From Yuukianura sp. NJ FZ-2021 (lineage: Eukaryota), in NCBI GenBank assembly GCA_046563655.1, contig CM102290.1, positions 8,246,001 to 8,310,000 on the forward strand: a DNA stretch of 64,000 bases, read 5' to 3'. Position numbers and translations under genes: made by a program. The notes beneath the pieces were generated by a model, which did not search any database, was not told the DNA's origin, and saw only the letters and a list, made by a program, of their open reading frames with translations. Positions 28,201 through 40,800 of the stretch are shown piece after piece (the first letter of the stretch is position 1; each line of letters begins with the position of its first letter).

Positions 28201-30982
28201 TCTAAGCTTAACAAATTTGCAATTCTAAGGTATTAACATCCTCAAGTTTAAGTTTAAAATGCCATGTTACGGGGAATCCTTACCTTTTACCCTCAAGGAA
28301 TTTTGGGTTATGTTATGTAACTGAAGTTGGGAGAGAAAAAACTTTTTGTCACTGAAAGTTTACAAATATTTGTAAACATGTTTTTTTTTGCTGAATTTCT
28401 TGTTTTAATTTAAAAAAAACTGTTTCTAATCATGAGACTGTGAAAAACATTATGATTCCGCAGCGGACATGATGTTTTCTTTTTCTATTTTCCAAAAATA
28501 GTTTTAATTTTAACTTTAATTTTAATAGAATCTAATTTAAGTAATTTTATTTTTATTTATTCATTGTTTATATAAATAATTCACTATTCATTGCAATTTT
28601 TTTTGTCTTTGCAGAGGTTGCTGTTTCTACTGGACCAAGTTTTCTAGCTGGCGTTAGCGTAGGCCTGGTAGTTCTCGGAATCAAGAGTCTTTTCGCTCCG
28701 TTCCTCATCGCAATGAAGTACATGATGCTGAGCTGGTACTTTAAAGATATGGGTCCAATCGACATGGTCAAACAACTTGCTGGTCCAGTACTTCCAGCCT
28801 GGATGACCGGATGGCGACCACTCCCACCCCCACCACGCGGGTGGGACCACTCTCATGAACAATATGAGCCACCAAAACCCTACGAATTTGGTGGGGCAGC
28901 TCACGGTTCAGAAGGGAAACCCACAGGACTCATGGGTGCACTGACCCACTTACTTCCATTTACGTCTCAAGACCAACCGCCCCACTTTTCAGGTCCAAGC
29001 GGCATGTTCCAGACTGGTCCTAGACCCACTCACTACTCTGGTCCATCCGGAGGTGGATTCCGAGCCACACATTATGACGGTGAAGGGCGTACGCAGGTCA
29101 CACACTCATCTGGTTTCGACGGTGGGGCAGAAGAGCATCACAGTGAGCATGAGGAAGAAGGTTACCACGGAGAAGATCACCAGCCCCACCACACACCAGC
29201 ACAAGATGACGAAAGTAGTGGGTTCAAATATGTCCCACCAACTGCCCCAGTAGACGCTGACATCTTGGATCCATTCTACAGTCCACTCTTGTCCAGAATT
29301 GACTCAATTTTTATGCACTTGGGATTCACGGAAGAAGGCTGCAAAGAGCGTGCAGTTTGCTCCATTTACAAATTTCCTGTCAAATACGCTCCTTACTCAA
29401 ATCTCCTATCTGCTCAACTTTCCAAGTAAGATATGAAAAAAAATTATGAAAAATTGGTTACTGTAAAAAGAAGGAATGTCTAAAAACAAAACAAAAAGTG
29501 CAAAAGCAAAACTTTTCACACGAAAAATTGTGTTGAAATGAGAAGTTGATGGTTGAATTGGGCATGACAAAAGTGGAAACATCCTTATGTGCTTGACCTT
29601 GCACTTTACTAGTTACATTCATCTTGCTCTTTTGACACAGTTTGTGCAAAAATGCAATTGAACAAATTTTTTGGGAGGGAAAACACTTCGAAATTGTGGT
29701 CGTCATGCACAGGGCTTTTGAGGTCTCTATTAAATGGCACGATATATTAAAGTTAATTTGCTATTTCCAGGTCAAATAAGATTTAAAAAAATGATTGAGC
29801 GGCTATTAAAACGTCTGCACTCATCATTCGTTACGTATTTTACAACTTACCTGCTGACATAACACGTTTCATTTACTACACGTCCAAGTTTTTCTATAAC
29901 TCTGTAAACTGCATGCAGTGCATCGAATCCCTAAAACATTACTTGAGCAAATAGGTTTCCAAATTTGTTCTAAAGTAGTTTACATTATTTTCACTTAATA
30001 ATTTTGAGGATTTTTGGTATCATTTGTTGTCAGTTGCAATCTTCTTTCTGCTTATGAACGCATTGAAACTAATAATTAACTCATCATAATTAACTTTTCT
30101 CACACGTTCTCGTGCACAGTTCTAGTTCAGACCTCAAAAATTTGTAATCCAAAAGTTCCGCTCTAAGACAATAAGAGTCAAAAAATTTTTGAAAACGCAA
30201 ATAGTTTTTAGCGTATCCTCCTTTCTGCGTTTGAAATTTCGAAATTTTTAAACCCGGAATTCAAAACCGAGCGTTGTGTCTTTGTTTACCTAGCAAATCT
30301 TGAAAAGACATCTTCAGTGTCAGATGCTCAATGTTAAGAACGTCAAAGATGGGCCTGAGTCCCATCTTCGACTTTAGTTGCACATTGGTGAAATAGATGG
30401 AAGGAAGGATAGTAGGCGCAGACGATGAATTGATTGTTACATCTAAGTATGCAATCAGTGTATGTATTAATTAGAGCAGGATTAAGATGTGACCTCAATT
30501 AAAAGGAAGCAATTTTTAGCCTATCATCGTTTATTCTAATGACATACTAAAAATAATAACTTCATTTTATTGGCAGGGTGTGATATTTTTGATTTGTTAA
30601 TTGTTCAGTTGAGAGTAACATTTGATTTTTATGAATTTTGAAGGCATTTTGTTATGCAAAACTTTCTTTGCAATATTTCAGGCACCAAAGCGAGCTTAAG
30701 CGTCCTCTCAGCACTTCTCCTAAAATTTTACGATACTTCAAGTACATGAAGGCTGCCAAGGATGGACAAGCAGCACTCAATTGTATTGAACTCTATCCAA
30801 AATGTTCCAACGACACTGAAAAGCTTACAAATCTTCCAATGGTAAAACAAAAAATTTAGTATGAAAAAAAAATTTTATTATGAAATAAGTTAAAATTTGG
30901 ATTTGTATAATTTGTATAGGTTAAAACTTTTCAACAACTAACAGAATTGATGGGAACAACTGGAACAGGACCAAGTGGGTAG
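25295..30982 (+). CDS. Secreted or membrane protein with a C-terminal DM4/DM12-like Cys domain. Exons 25295-26177, 28615-29425, 30682-30841, 30920-30982.
   Basis: Has a signal-like N-terminus (FSLALYCIIVLTSSCMG). The phase-1 donor GTAAG at 26178 joins in frame to the acceptor at 28614, merging two separate ORF-track entries. The C-terminus reads CKERAVC..P.KYAP..RYFKYMKAAKDG..C..LYPKC. The family name comes from motif resemblance only. Confidence 0.7.
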
Positions 30983-32813
30983 ACGTTCACTCAGCAGAAA
31001 ACAATAAATGCAGCATTGCCAACTAATCTTAAATTGAAAAAAAATTGAAAAAGATGCACAAATTTCAGAAATTCCTAAACTTACAAAAAGTGTGACACTC
31101 CTTGAACCCAAATGATATTACACTTGCTACATTTAACTTACAATTTAATTTCAAGTTAGAACACAAATGTAGCAAAGCAGAGGTTGCATGTATTCCCCCT
31201 CCCAGACTCCGCTTGTTCAAATGCGTTCGAACTGTTTTTTTTCTAAAACTTTGTGTTAAACGAACGCAAAAAATAATTCTCCTGGACCAATTCCTTTGTC
31301 TAAATGTCATGCAGGCACTGACATTGACATGAACTTAAGATGCCATTATTTTTCCTTTACTAGGACTACTAGGTCAACCATTTGCACCATTTATGACTAA
31401 AAATGCAATTCGTTAAATTGCCATCTAAAATGTTGTTAACTGTAAGAAGTTTGCCGATAAGCTTTACTACTATACGAGCTTCTGACTCCGTAACTTTTGT
31501 GACGAAATTTGAGTGATACTGTACTTCCGTAAATACGTAAATTTTTATTTACTCGCCAGTCTGAATGTTAAGTAGTTTTGTTGATACTTTTGCTAAATTG
31601 TTGCCTAATTTTATTTTTTAAATGCTTTAAAAATTTGGATTAGTTAGTTATAGCAGACATTTGTTTGGTCTTTGTTATGTTTGTATTTTATTTTTTTTTT
31701 ATACTTTTTGTTAACTATTTGTTTGTATACTTTAATTTATTTTCACCGCGTTGACACATGACGACACTGCACTAATAACTCGTCCCAAAACGAATTGATG
31801 ACAAGAAACACCAATTCAAGACTATAACTAACTTTAGTTAAAAACTTACTACGTGCCTTTAACTCTTATGTTATGTTGACAAAAATTACTTTAATTGACA
31901 ATAATTAACTAAGCTGATGACCTTTTGGTCAAAGCCTACCTTCTAGTGGGACTGACATCAAAAATGGACACAGCGGAACGTTGAAACTGAGCTTTTATTT
32001 TCTTAAAGCCAACAAAAACATTTTGAAATTCTCCATTTCGTGGGAAGAAAGGCTTTAAATAATGCAAGTGAATAAATCTCAATTTTTGTAACTTTTAAAT
32101 GTATCAAAATTTGCAAATTTATCCTCAAAGAATTGTTTGTAATGTTTTGAGTCCAGACTGTTTTGTGTGTCGTTTCATGCCGCAAGCCTTATAATTTTGA
32201 CAATTTGCCTAGAAATTTCCTAAGTAGGTGCGATATATTCTCAGTATTTGGACTTTTGACAACATTTGACAAGTGGGGTTAATGGACGGACAAGCGATGA
32301 CTAAAAATTGTTAGTTCAAAACTACGTAACTGTAACAGTTATGAAATTTTTTTTTCGTAGATTTGCACTCATTGATTATACAGTCAAATTGCAATTTTGC
32401 TAATTTCCTATGTAAAGCATTGGGAATGTTCTAGTAATGGGGTCTTATGTGTTACTATCTAAGAACCACCAGTTACAGAAGTGGATCAGTTACAGAATCC
32501 TTTGTTACCCGCTGACTTTTGCAAAATTCGTACTGAAATTTTTGTCGGTTCAAGATTGTGAGGCCTGTTCAAACAGCGTCAGTTAGCAAACAATCTGAAA
32601 AATAAATTTTGTCACCTGAACATTGGAGGCGTGAATGACACTTTTGAAGTTAAACAATTCCGAAAAGAAATAAAATTTGTAGGGTCTTTTGCTGGTGTTG
32701 CCCGCATAAAAGTGTTTCAATTTTCAAAGTTTTTAGTTAGTCTAAATTGTGACGGTTTGAACAAAAGTTGAACGTTTTCTTGCCGTTATTGTACTAAACG
32801 CTACTCAAAAATC

Positions 32814-35800
32814 ATGGCGAGAAGCTATTCAAAAATCGGTAAGCAACTTGGCAGATTTCTAGTTGTACTGTTGTCCGTTGCAAAGTTTTTGTTTCAAAAT
32901 ACTTATTTTGTTAAAAAATCGTTTTTCCTATAATTTTGAAAATTTGTAAATTGTAATTTACAGGATCAATTAGTAATGGTTTTTTGGAACTTCTTGCTTT
33001 GAGTATCCTGACATATCTGTTAGCTGCTGAAGTCAATGGAGAAAGTGGTTTTGATTCGGAAGATCTGCCGCTTCACGTTGGAGCAAATGAAGCACACAGT
33101 CGACAAAAGCGGTTCATTTATTTCAATACACAGTCACCAGTTGACATTGGTAAGTTATCAATCAATTGGTGCAGCTAGAGTTTAGCATAATTTACGTAGA
33201 GACTGGGAAAAATTCACAAAACTTTTCTTGACACATTTCAACTTCACAAATTTTTTATGGCATTTTTTTTGTAATTTGAAATTCTATAATTTTTTTAAGG
33301 CCTGCTCATCACAATTCCTCTGTCATTTGCTTTGCCCACGTTCAACTTAAGAACGTCCCGCCGGTTCAGCCGCTCTACCAACGGTGGTGAAGGTGACATT
33401 ACTTCCAACATGACGCTTGACGAAATTTTTCCAGCAGATTCTTACGATGAGCCAGCCTACAGTTCTGAACTCAACAAAATGTCAACGTACTTCACTATCT
33501 TGGAGGTATACAACCTTAACAGTTTCCGTAATCATGCTGCACCGAAAAAGTCCAGTTAGAATTCCATTGTGGTCTTGCCCACCTTCCTTTTCAACAGTGG
33601 ACTTTTTGAAAAAGTTTAGGAATTTTAAAAAGTTGGCAAGTCCAAGGATTGAAAAGAAAGATTTGGGCAGTAGAAAGCAAGGTGTCATAATAAATCGAAG
33701 GAAAGATGTGGGCGGTTGAAGGGTCCCAGTCTTTTCCTTTGATTGAGAGGCAAGGGTGGTGGTGGTCACTTAAGCTTAGGTTGCCTAACCTAAGCTTTTC
33801 CTGGAAGTTCCTTAAGGGGTAACCACCACCAAGGCAAAGGTAGAACATGATTCAAATTGGTTCTCTCAAGGGCTGCTGAGTTATGATGATGGATGAATCT
33901 CAATGTTGTTGACATTGACATTCAAACACCCTTGACTCCAAGGATTTTGGGGTAGGCTAGGTTCATTTGACCTTCTACGCACTTCTAACTTAATCTTACC
34001 TTAAACCTGACTTTTGTTTTGCAGCGCCATTACATAACGCTTGCACAGATTTTGTGTAATTATTCCTGAAAGGTTCCAAGTTGAGCCACATTTCTTTCTT
34101 CGGAGAAAGTTTTTATAACCGATTTGGGCAAAATTCTAAAAGGTTGAGGAATTTTTATAACCGGAAGCTTGGAACTCCCGTCTTTTTTAATTTCCAGAAA
34201 TGGTTTATATCTGATTGTTAGTTTAAATTCCAACAAAAAATCTGATTTCTTTCCGCAAATCAACTTTCACCACACCGCACACAGCAGAATGTATTTTTTT
34301 GGAAACTTGAAATAATTTCAAAATTTTTGACATGAAAATGTGCATCATTTTTGTGGCAAGCATCTGGAGAATGTATTGTACTTTAGCAGATGAATACAGA
34401 CGGCCAGTTGCATTTTCTAAAGTTACAGAAGCAAGGAGTCGCTGCGTCTTTGAAGCCCTTTTACCTTAACCTCATAACCCCCCATTTTCTTTGGATTCTG
34501 CCACAAACTAACTGATTTTTGAGGGTGGGTTATTCATCCCTTTATTCACTTTTTTCTTTTTGTTGTAAACTTATTGTTTTTTAAGGGGAGGGGGAGGGGG
34601 ACTGTGGTTGACTCAATAGACTTTGTATTGATTCCGGGAAGACGCCTAACCCCAAGTAGGTTTAATTTAAGGCTCCTTTTCAATTGCGAAAGGATGCGGC
34701 TGGTGATGATTGATTTTTGAATTGGAACCGTCAGATCTTCATCTTCTGGTTTCTCATTGTTACTTCATCTCTGATCTTCCTGATGAGCAGAGATCACTTG
34801 TCCTCTGCTCTCCAATGTTCCCTTAAACACAAACTCTTTAGCCACTTTACTACTGGATTTACTCCTTTAGGTTAGGGTTAACCTAACCTCCTGCTGTACG
34901 TCTAGTGTCTTGTAGTAGTCAATGGCAACTTTGAAACGACCTTGAACTTGGACTTGAGAACCAAGGGACCGCAGGGCCCTCCATCTCCAAGTTCATAGCC
35001 GTTCCAGGGCGTATCTCATTCGTGATACTTTATTCCTAACATTGAAATTTTTATTATGCAGACTAGGACTAGGAAATTTCGAGTGAGGTTTGTTGCATGC
35101 ATGGTTTTAGTGGCGGTGGTTAGTGCTCAAGGGGCCCTTTATACTGACTAGTTCATGTCCCCTTAAAACCTCATCATCCTCAACTCGTTCTTTGGTAATC
35201 CCACTTGGTTTGTGTCCATCGTTAAGAGCTCCCGCGTAGACCAAGCAAACAATCAAAGTCTTAAAGGGACCCCTTGACCTCTACTCTCCGACTAGCCTAA
35301 GCTAAGTCCCATAATCATGCAGATGTGAAGGAGCCCTTGTGGATGATGCCTCGAGGACCATTCTAATGAAGTGGTCCAGCAAGCTTCTAACGGCTTCCTT
35401 CTTGTTCAAGACAAAAAAACTTGATTCAAACCTTGATCAAAATGACTTTGGAGGCCTTGAAAGTGCCTATTATTAATTCTTACAAGAGCATTGACCCTTG
35501 AACATCTACGAGGTCTACTAGTCTAAGGCCTCCCTGCTTACTATGCTTTCGTCCAGAACTTTCTTCTAAGACGCAAGTACCCTTCATCCAGGAACGAAAT
35601 GCAGCAGCATCTTCTTCCGTGTAGTCTTGAACTTGAAAATAGAGAAAAAGCAAAAAAGGCCCTTCGTCATTCACCAAAAAAAAAGACGACGAGTGGGCCC
35701 TTAAACTGAAAAATCTGCTCCTATTGTTTAACTTTATTCCCGTTGTATTTATTTAGAAAAGAGACCTTCAGCTATTTCCTTAAAAATGAAATTCACTTTT

Positions 35801-36328
35801 CCCTTCAACAATCGTTTTTTAACAAAAAAAAAACTTTCAATTTCTAAACAGATCAACGAAGACGTTTGTCAACAGAAGATCCTTTGTGAAGTCTTTGCAG
35901 AGCCTGATAAATTCAAGCCTGTTACAGATATTTTTATGAAGAAGTTAACGTAAGTGCTCTCTTAACTTAGCCTAAGGGCCTCCTCAAGTGCTTCATTTAA
36001 AAGTAGAAAAAACCTCAAAGCACCTAATTATGTAATTGGAAACTATATAGAGAAAAATGGCTCGTTTTTCTTTTCAAGATTTTTGTTTAAAAAATGTCGT
36101 TTTATTTAATTTTGAAGGGTGGACCGTGGTCCTGTTGATGAGAAGCCGTCGAGCCGTTACTATCGTTACGTCAAAGCCATGCAGGACGGGATCACTTCCG
36201 GGCTCAACTCGTGTGTCAAGGGCTACAAAGCCTGTCCATATTCGGCCACAGAGCGGCTAAACATGCCCGCACTTCATTTCTGGACCTATCTCACGTCTAT
36301 TCTTAAAATGGAATTTAGAGATGAATAA
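32814..36328 (+). CDS. Secreted DM4/DM12-like protein, paralog of the upstream gene. Exons 32814-32838, 32964-33149, 33300-33505, 35852-35949, 36118-36328.
   Basis: All junctions are GT-AG and in frame. Features are a signal peptide (FLELLALSILTYLLAAEVNG), a furin-like RQKR site followed by FIYFNTQSPVDIGLLITIPLSFALP, then CQQKILCEV..P.KFKP and RYYRYVKAMQDG..C..GYKAC. Confidence 0.8.
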
Positions 36329-37859
36329 GAACTGGACGGAGACCGTTTTTCTTGTTCAAAATTTCAGAAAAAAATTACATCCGACTAACGGACTTTCTTT
36401 TCAAAACCATTATACGCTAGGAAACTCAATTCCAGTTTTGTAAAAAGTTTCATTTTGTTTAAAAGTGAGGAGACAAGCTGCTGCTGCAAGCTGCTAGTAC
36501 GTGACACACGTTGTTCATGAAAATCTTGTACTAAAAATCCAGTTTCAGGTGTTCAAAACTTATTAAGACTCAGAATATGTACTTTTCAATCCTTTTTCAA
36601 AAAAAAAAATCAAAAGGAAAGCTAAGTACTAGTTGAGTTTACAATGAAACATTTTTCTCTCGTCTTCTTTGTGGACAAACTGGAACATTTTTTTGGGTAA
36701 AATTTGGTGAACGGGGTGCAGGGCAATATTTACTTTAAGCAGGGTATGAAAAATACAAATAAAATTCTGAATTTTTTTCTTCCTTAAACAAATGTGAACG
36801 TCATTTTCAATCTTTTTCTTTTTTTGCAAAAAAAAAAATTGCACAAGGAATTCAATTATTGTGCAGATTTGACAAAAGTTGCATTTGATTCAGATATGGT
36901 ACTCAAACTGATAAAACAATTATTTATGTTTTGGATGATTTCGTTAAAATTTTGAGTGGCGCGTTGTTTGTGAAATCTCAAAAGTAATTGAAACCTTCAT
37001 TACGTTTTTAAATTTTAAATGTTTTAGTCTTTTGAACTATTTTTCTTAGTCTTATAAATTATAAATTTGGAAATGAAAGCTTCAATATACGTTGCAACAT
37101 GTTGAGGAATTCATGCAATAATAAAATAAACAAAGAGCATATCCAATTTCAGTTTTTTAAATCCCCAACTTTTTCTAGTTTCTATATTTTCAAATCCATT
37201 TTTTCAATTCACATGCACACGAAGGATACAAAAAGTTATGATGATGACTTGACGGAACAGAATCAAGTAGTACAACTAGCTGCTTGCAGTATTATCTACC
37301 AATTTGGAATATTTTAACAAATACCAAATCCCACGAAAAAAAACTATTGACGTTTTAAAAAGTAACACAACAAGCTTCTAAAGTGTAACACTGTTTCTAG
37401 CGGGTTTGATGACACAAAATTAGCCAATGACATTGAAAATGTAAACATTTGAAAATGAAGTGGAATAAATTAAAAGGTAATGATAAATTTAGGTAGTTGA
37501 TTTAAACAAAGTTTTGAAAAAAAAATTGTAAACTCATACGTCAAATTCAGTCTTACACAAAAAAACAAAAGCATCTCACACGATTGACTGTCGCTCTTGG
37601 ACTTAACCACACACAAGGCAAAAAAAAGTTTTAAGCTGAACTGGACGCATGCTCTGATCAGCTTAATATTTTTCTAAAGATAAAGATGACACCTCCTTGG
37701 AACTTATAATTGTCTTAAATAATGTCACACAGTTTAGAACACACCACAGTTAACGCTGAGGCTAAATAGTTAATAATCCATAATTTAAAAATTAAAATCT
37801 ATATAATATGAACAGTGTGCGTCCCATCTTGTTCAAGTTGTCTCCAGTGCCGCTTGAGT

Positions 37860-40800
37860 TCAAGTCATGCGAATGTGATGGTTGTACCATGTTTCTACCC
37901 TCATTTCATCGGTCACAAGTTGTCCGGTGGCCAAAGTTGCAATGAGCAATGGGGTCGCACAGGTCAAAGTCCTTGAATCGTCTCTCGCCGTCGTCTGGGA
38001 GGTGGTCATCTACAATTAAAACACAAAATTAGTTTTTATTAAAGAACATTTCATTTTTTACTTTATTTTAAAACAGACATCGAAAAAGCATTTCTCTCAG
38101 CCTGCTTGAGATCATGCAACTAGCAATTTTTGCAAAAACTTTCTGCCAACCCTGTCGCACTTTAACTTTTTCGTAAATTTTAAAAGCGGTAGTCGCAAAG
38201 TGCTTAACAAGTGGTTCTGAATCCAGAAACTTCTAACTTTCCCTGGGGTTACGTGAGACATTGACAAAGTGTAGGTTAGCACGGAAGGACTTAAACGTTA
38301 GGTTATGTCTGGAAGTCCTGTTAGGATGCATTATGTCCAAAGTGGTGCCTACCCCTTTGAGCTCATCATCTCAAGTTTCCTACACCGCCGCGACCAGTCT
38401 TCAATGAACTTCTCGACAGATAACCCACCTTGAGTCGTTTATCTGAAGGCAAAGGAACCGTTAGCCACGACTCATCTTTCTTCCGCATCCAAAGCACCCC
38501 AGTCTCAATCAAAGGCCATTTCCGCCTTTCCTTTAACCAACTTACACTTAAAAACACCCGCCACCAATTCTCCAAAGTTCTAAAATTTCAAAACATTTCA
38601 ACAGAAACGTATTCACGCATACTTTTTGTTCGAAAGGCCTCTACCCCGCACTTTCACTGTGCTACTACTATAAAATTCACTTTATCTGCGATAGTAACTG
38701 CTGTCAGTCCCTTAGTATCGCTCAATTTTCCATTTTTTATGTGTAGTCAATGATTCGCTACAAGCCAAAGAACTTGTATCAAATCATTAATGTTTGTTAT
38801 TTGTTATTATTATTATTTTTTGATATTTTGGGAATTTTATTTTGTTGGAAGATGGCTAATTTTATTTTTAAATTCTTGCATTGTTTTAGAGTTTGGAGAA
38901 TGTTTTTTCGATTTTATCTTGTAATTTGACGTTATTGTACATTTTTTTTAGAATCTGGTGTGTGAAAACATGCTGTGCAGTTTCCCTGACCTTTAACAAA
39001 AGTGAAAAGAGAGAAGGACGCCTAAGGGAAGGAATTGAAACGAAACTGAAAGTGAAAAGCGCATCTTTGTCACGAATCTCTTGAACATAGGGATCATATA
39101 TACAAAGTATAGTTGCCAAATGGTGGATCTTTAGTTATCCTTTCCCATTCACAAAATGATCTCGTGGTAAAAAATATACAAAAGAGCAAGGCAAAAAATT
39201 GGAAGATGAACACGACAAAAAAAAATTTTCTTCAAAGATCAGCTGAGGGTGAGAGTAGGGCAGTCTCTGCCCATCGGCAGTCGAGTAAAAGTGCATCGCC
39301 CTTTAACGGTTCCGTTGAGGCCAATGTCTCACGTTGTTCCCCCTACGGCAAATTATAACTTACATTTAGGATCAAGCCAAGCCTCACCAGGAAGACAGAA
39401 GAAAACTTTCATTAAACTCTTAACGATAGGATCATCTCCCAAATTAACAATCAAAGAGAGAGAGAGTTAAGGAACTTGGGCACAGTTCGCTCAATTGGAA
39501 ATTAGAATCCAAAGGTTTCGTAATTAAGTTAAAAATAGGAAATGATTTATTTAATTGTACGAAATTAATTGATATTTTTCAAGATTAGTTAATTAACTCC
39601 ACTCGTGATAGGAATGTTAGCTAAGAATGTTAGGGTAGGGCACAAATTCAAGAAAAAAGTTAGGCTAGACCAGAAAAAATTGGATGTGAATAATTTTATG
39701 TCGACCTTCAAGATGTTGAGGAAGATACTTTTATTTACTACTCAATGGGAAGAATTTTTTATATTCCAAAAAATATTTTATAAAAAAAATTTTTTTTACT
39801 TAATTTTTTTCGTGTAGTGCATTTACTCTGAGAAATTGAAATCTGTTTGAGGAAGATTCAAAGGATTGAATAATTAGAGGGAGATGAAGATGTTAAAGGT
39901 TTTCAAAAAGAGAAAAAAAACTTGAAGAGGAAAAGGGGTGAATAGATATGTTTCCGGTGTATTTAGAAAATCCACTGATTTTTTTGTCATGCTCAAGTCT
40001 CACTTTTTTCAAAAATGATAAAAAAAAAGTATTTTATAAGGTTTTTTTTTCTGAAAAGTTTTTGATTCATTTCCGTAGTGTCGTCGTTGTCGGCTTGAAC
40101 TTGAAATCTTACAAGTGAAAGAACCTTATCATTTACTTCTATCAAGAGTGATGGCATTTTCATCTCTGTAAAGAAATCTCGTAGCACGTGGGTATAGTAC
40201 AAGGTGTTTCAATATAGCCTAGGTCAAGATTTTCATTTAAAAAAAACATAAAAAATTTTGAAAAAAAATTACACCAAAATTGAGCATGGACGAAGAAATT
40301 GAAGAAATTTTAAACACCAAATCTTGCCGTACAAATTAGGAAAATGATCCACGAACTTTCTAAGAATTGTAAAACGCCTCGTAATTTCACAGCCTCCTTT
40401 AATTTTTCAAAATAGAAAATGCTCTTTTCCTCTCTTTAAAAAAAACTTTTTAAAAAAGAGAATAACATTGTTCAAATGGATTGTGATGAAAATAAAAAGA
40501 AAGACCTTCTGAAAGACTGAAGATGGATCTGCCTAAAGGTTGCTCTTGGTGATCACTTTTCCTTTCAATTTGTTCAAGGTTAAGGCCAACCTAGCCTAAG
40601 AAGATGCCCTTCCGCCTTCCAGAAAGAGGCCCTTAAGGGCCCTTGCATTTTGGCATTAAGTAACCATTATGAGGTTCTAATGACCATAATACAGGAGACT
40701 CTCCCGAAGATATATTTAGCTTAGCCCTCCTCCGTTTCCAAAAACTTTAAAAGAAAAACCAATGCAAAATGCTACCTGTCAACAAACAGAACTTTTTTCA

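Noticed and set aside
39993..40202. Minus-strand ORF with a possible acceptor inside the predicted pri intron
   Set aside because: No convincing donor or recognisable motif, so it cannot be supported as an exon.
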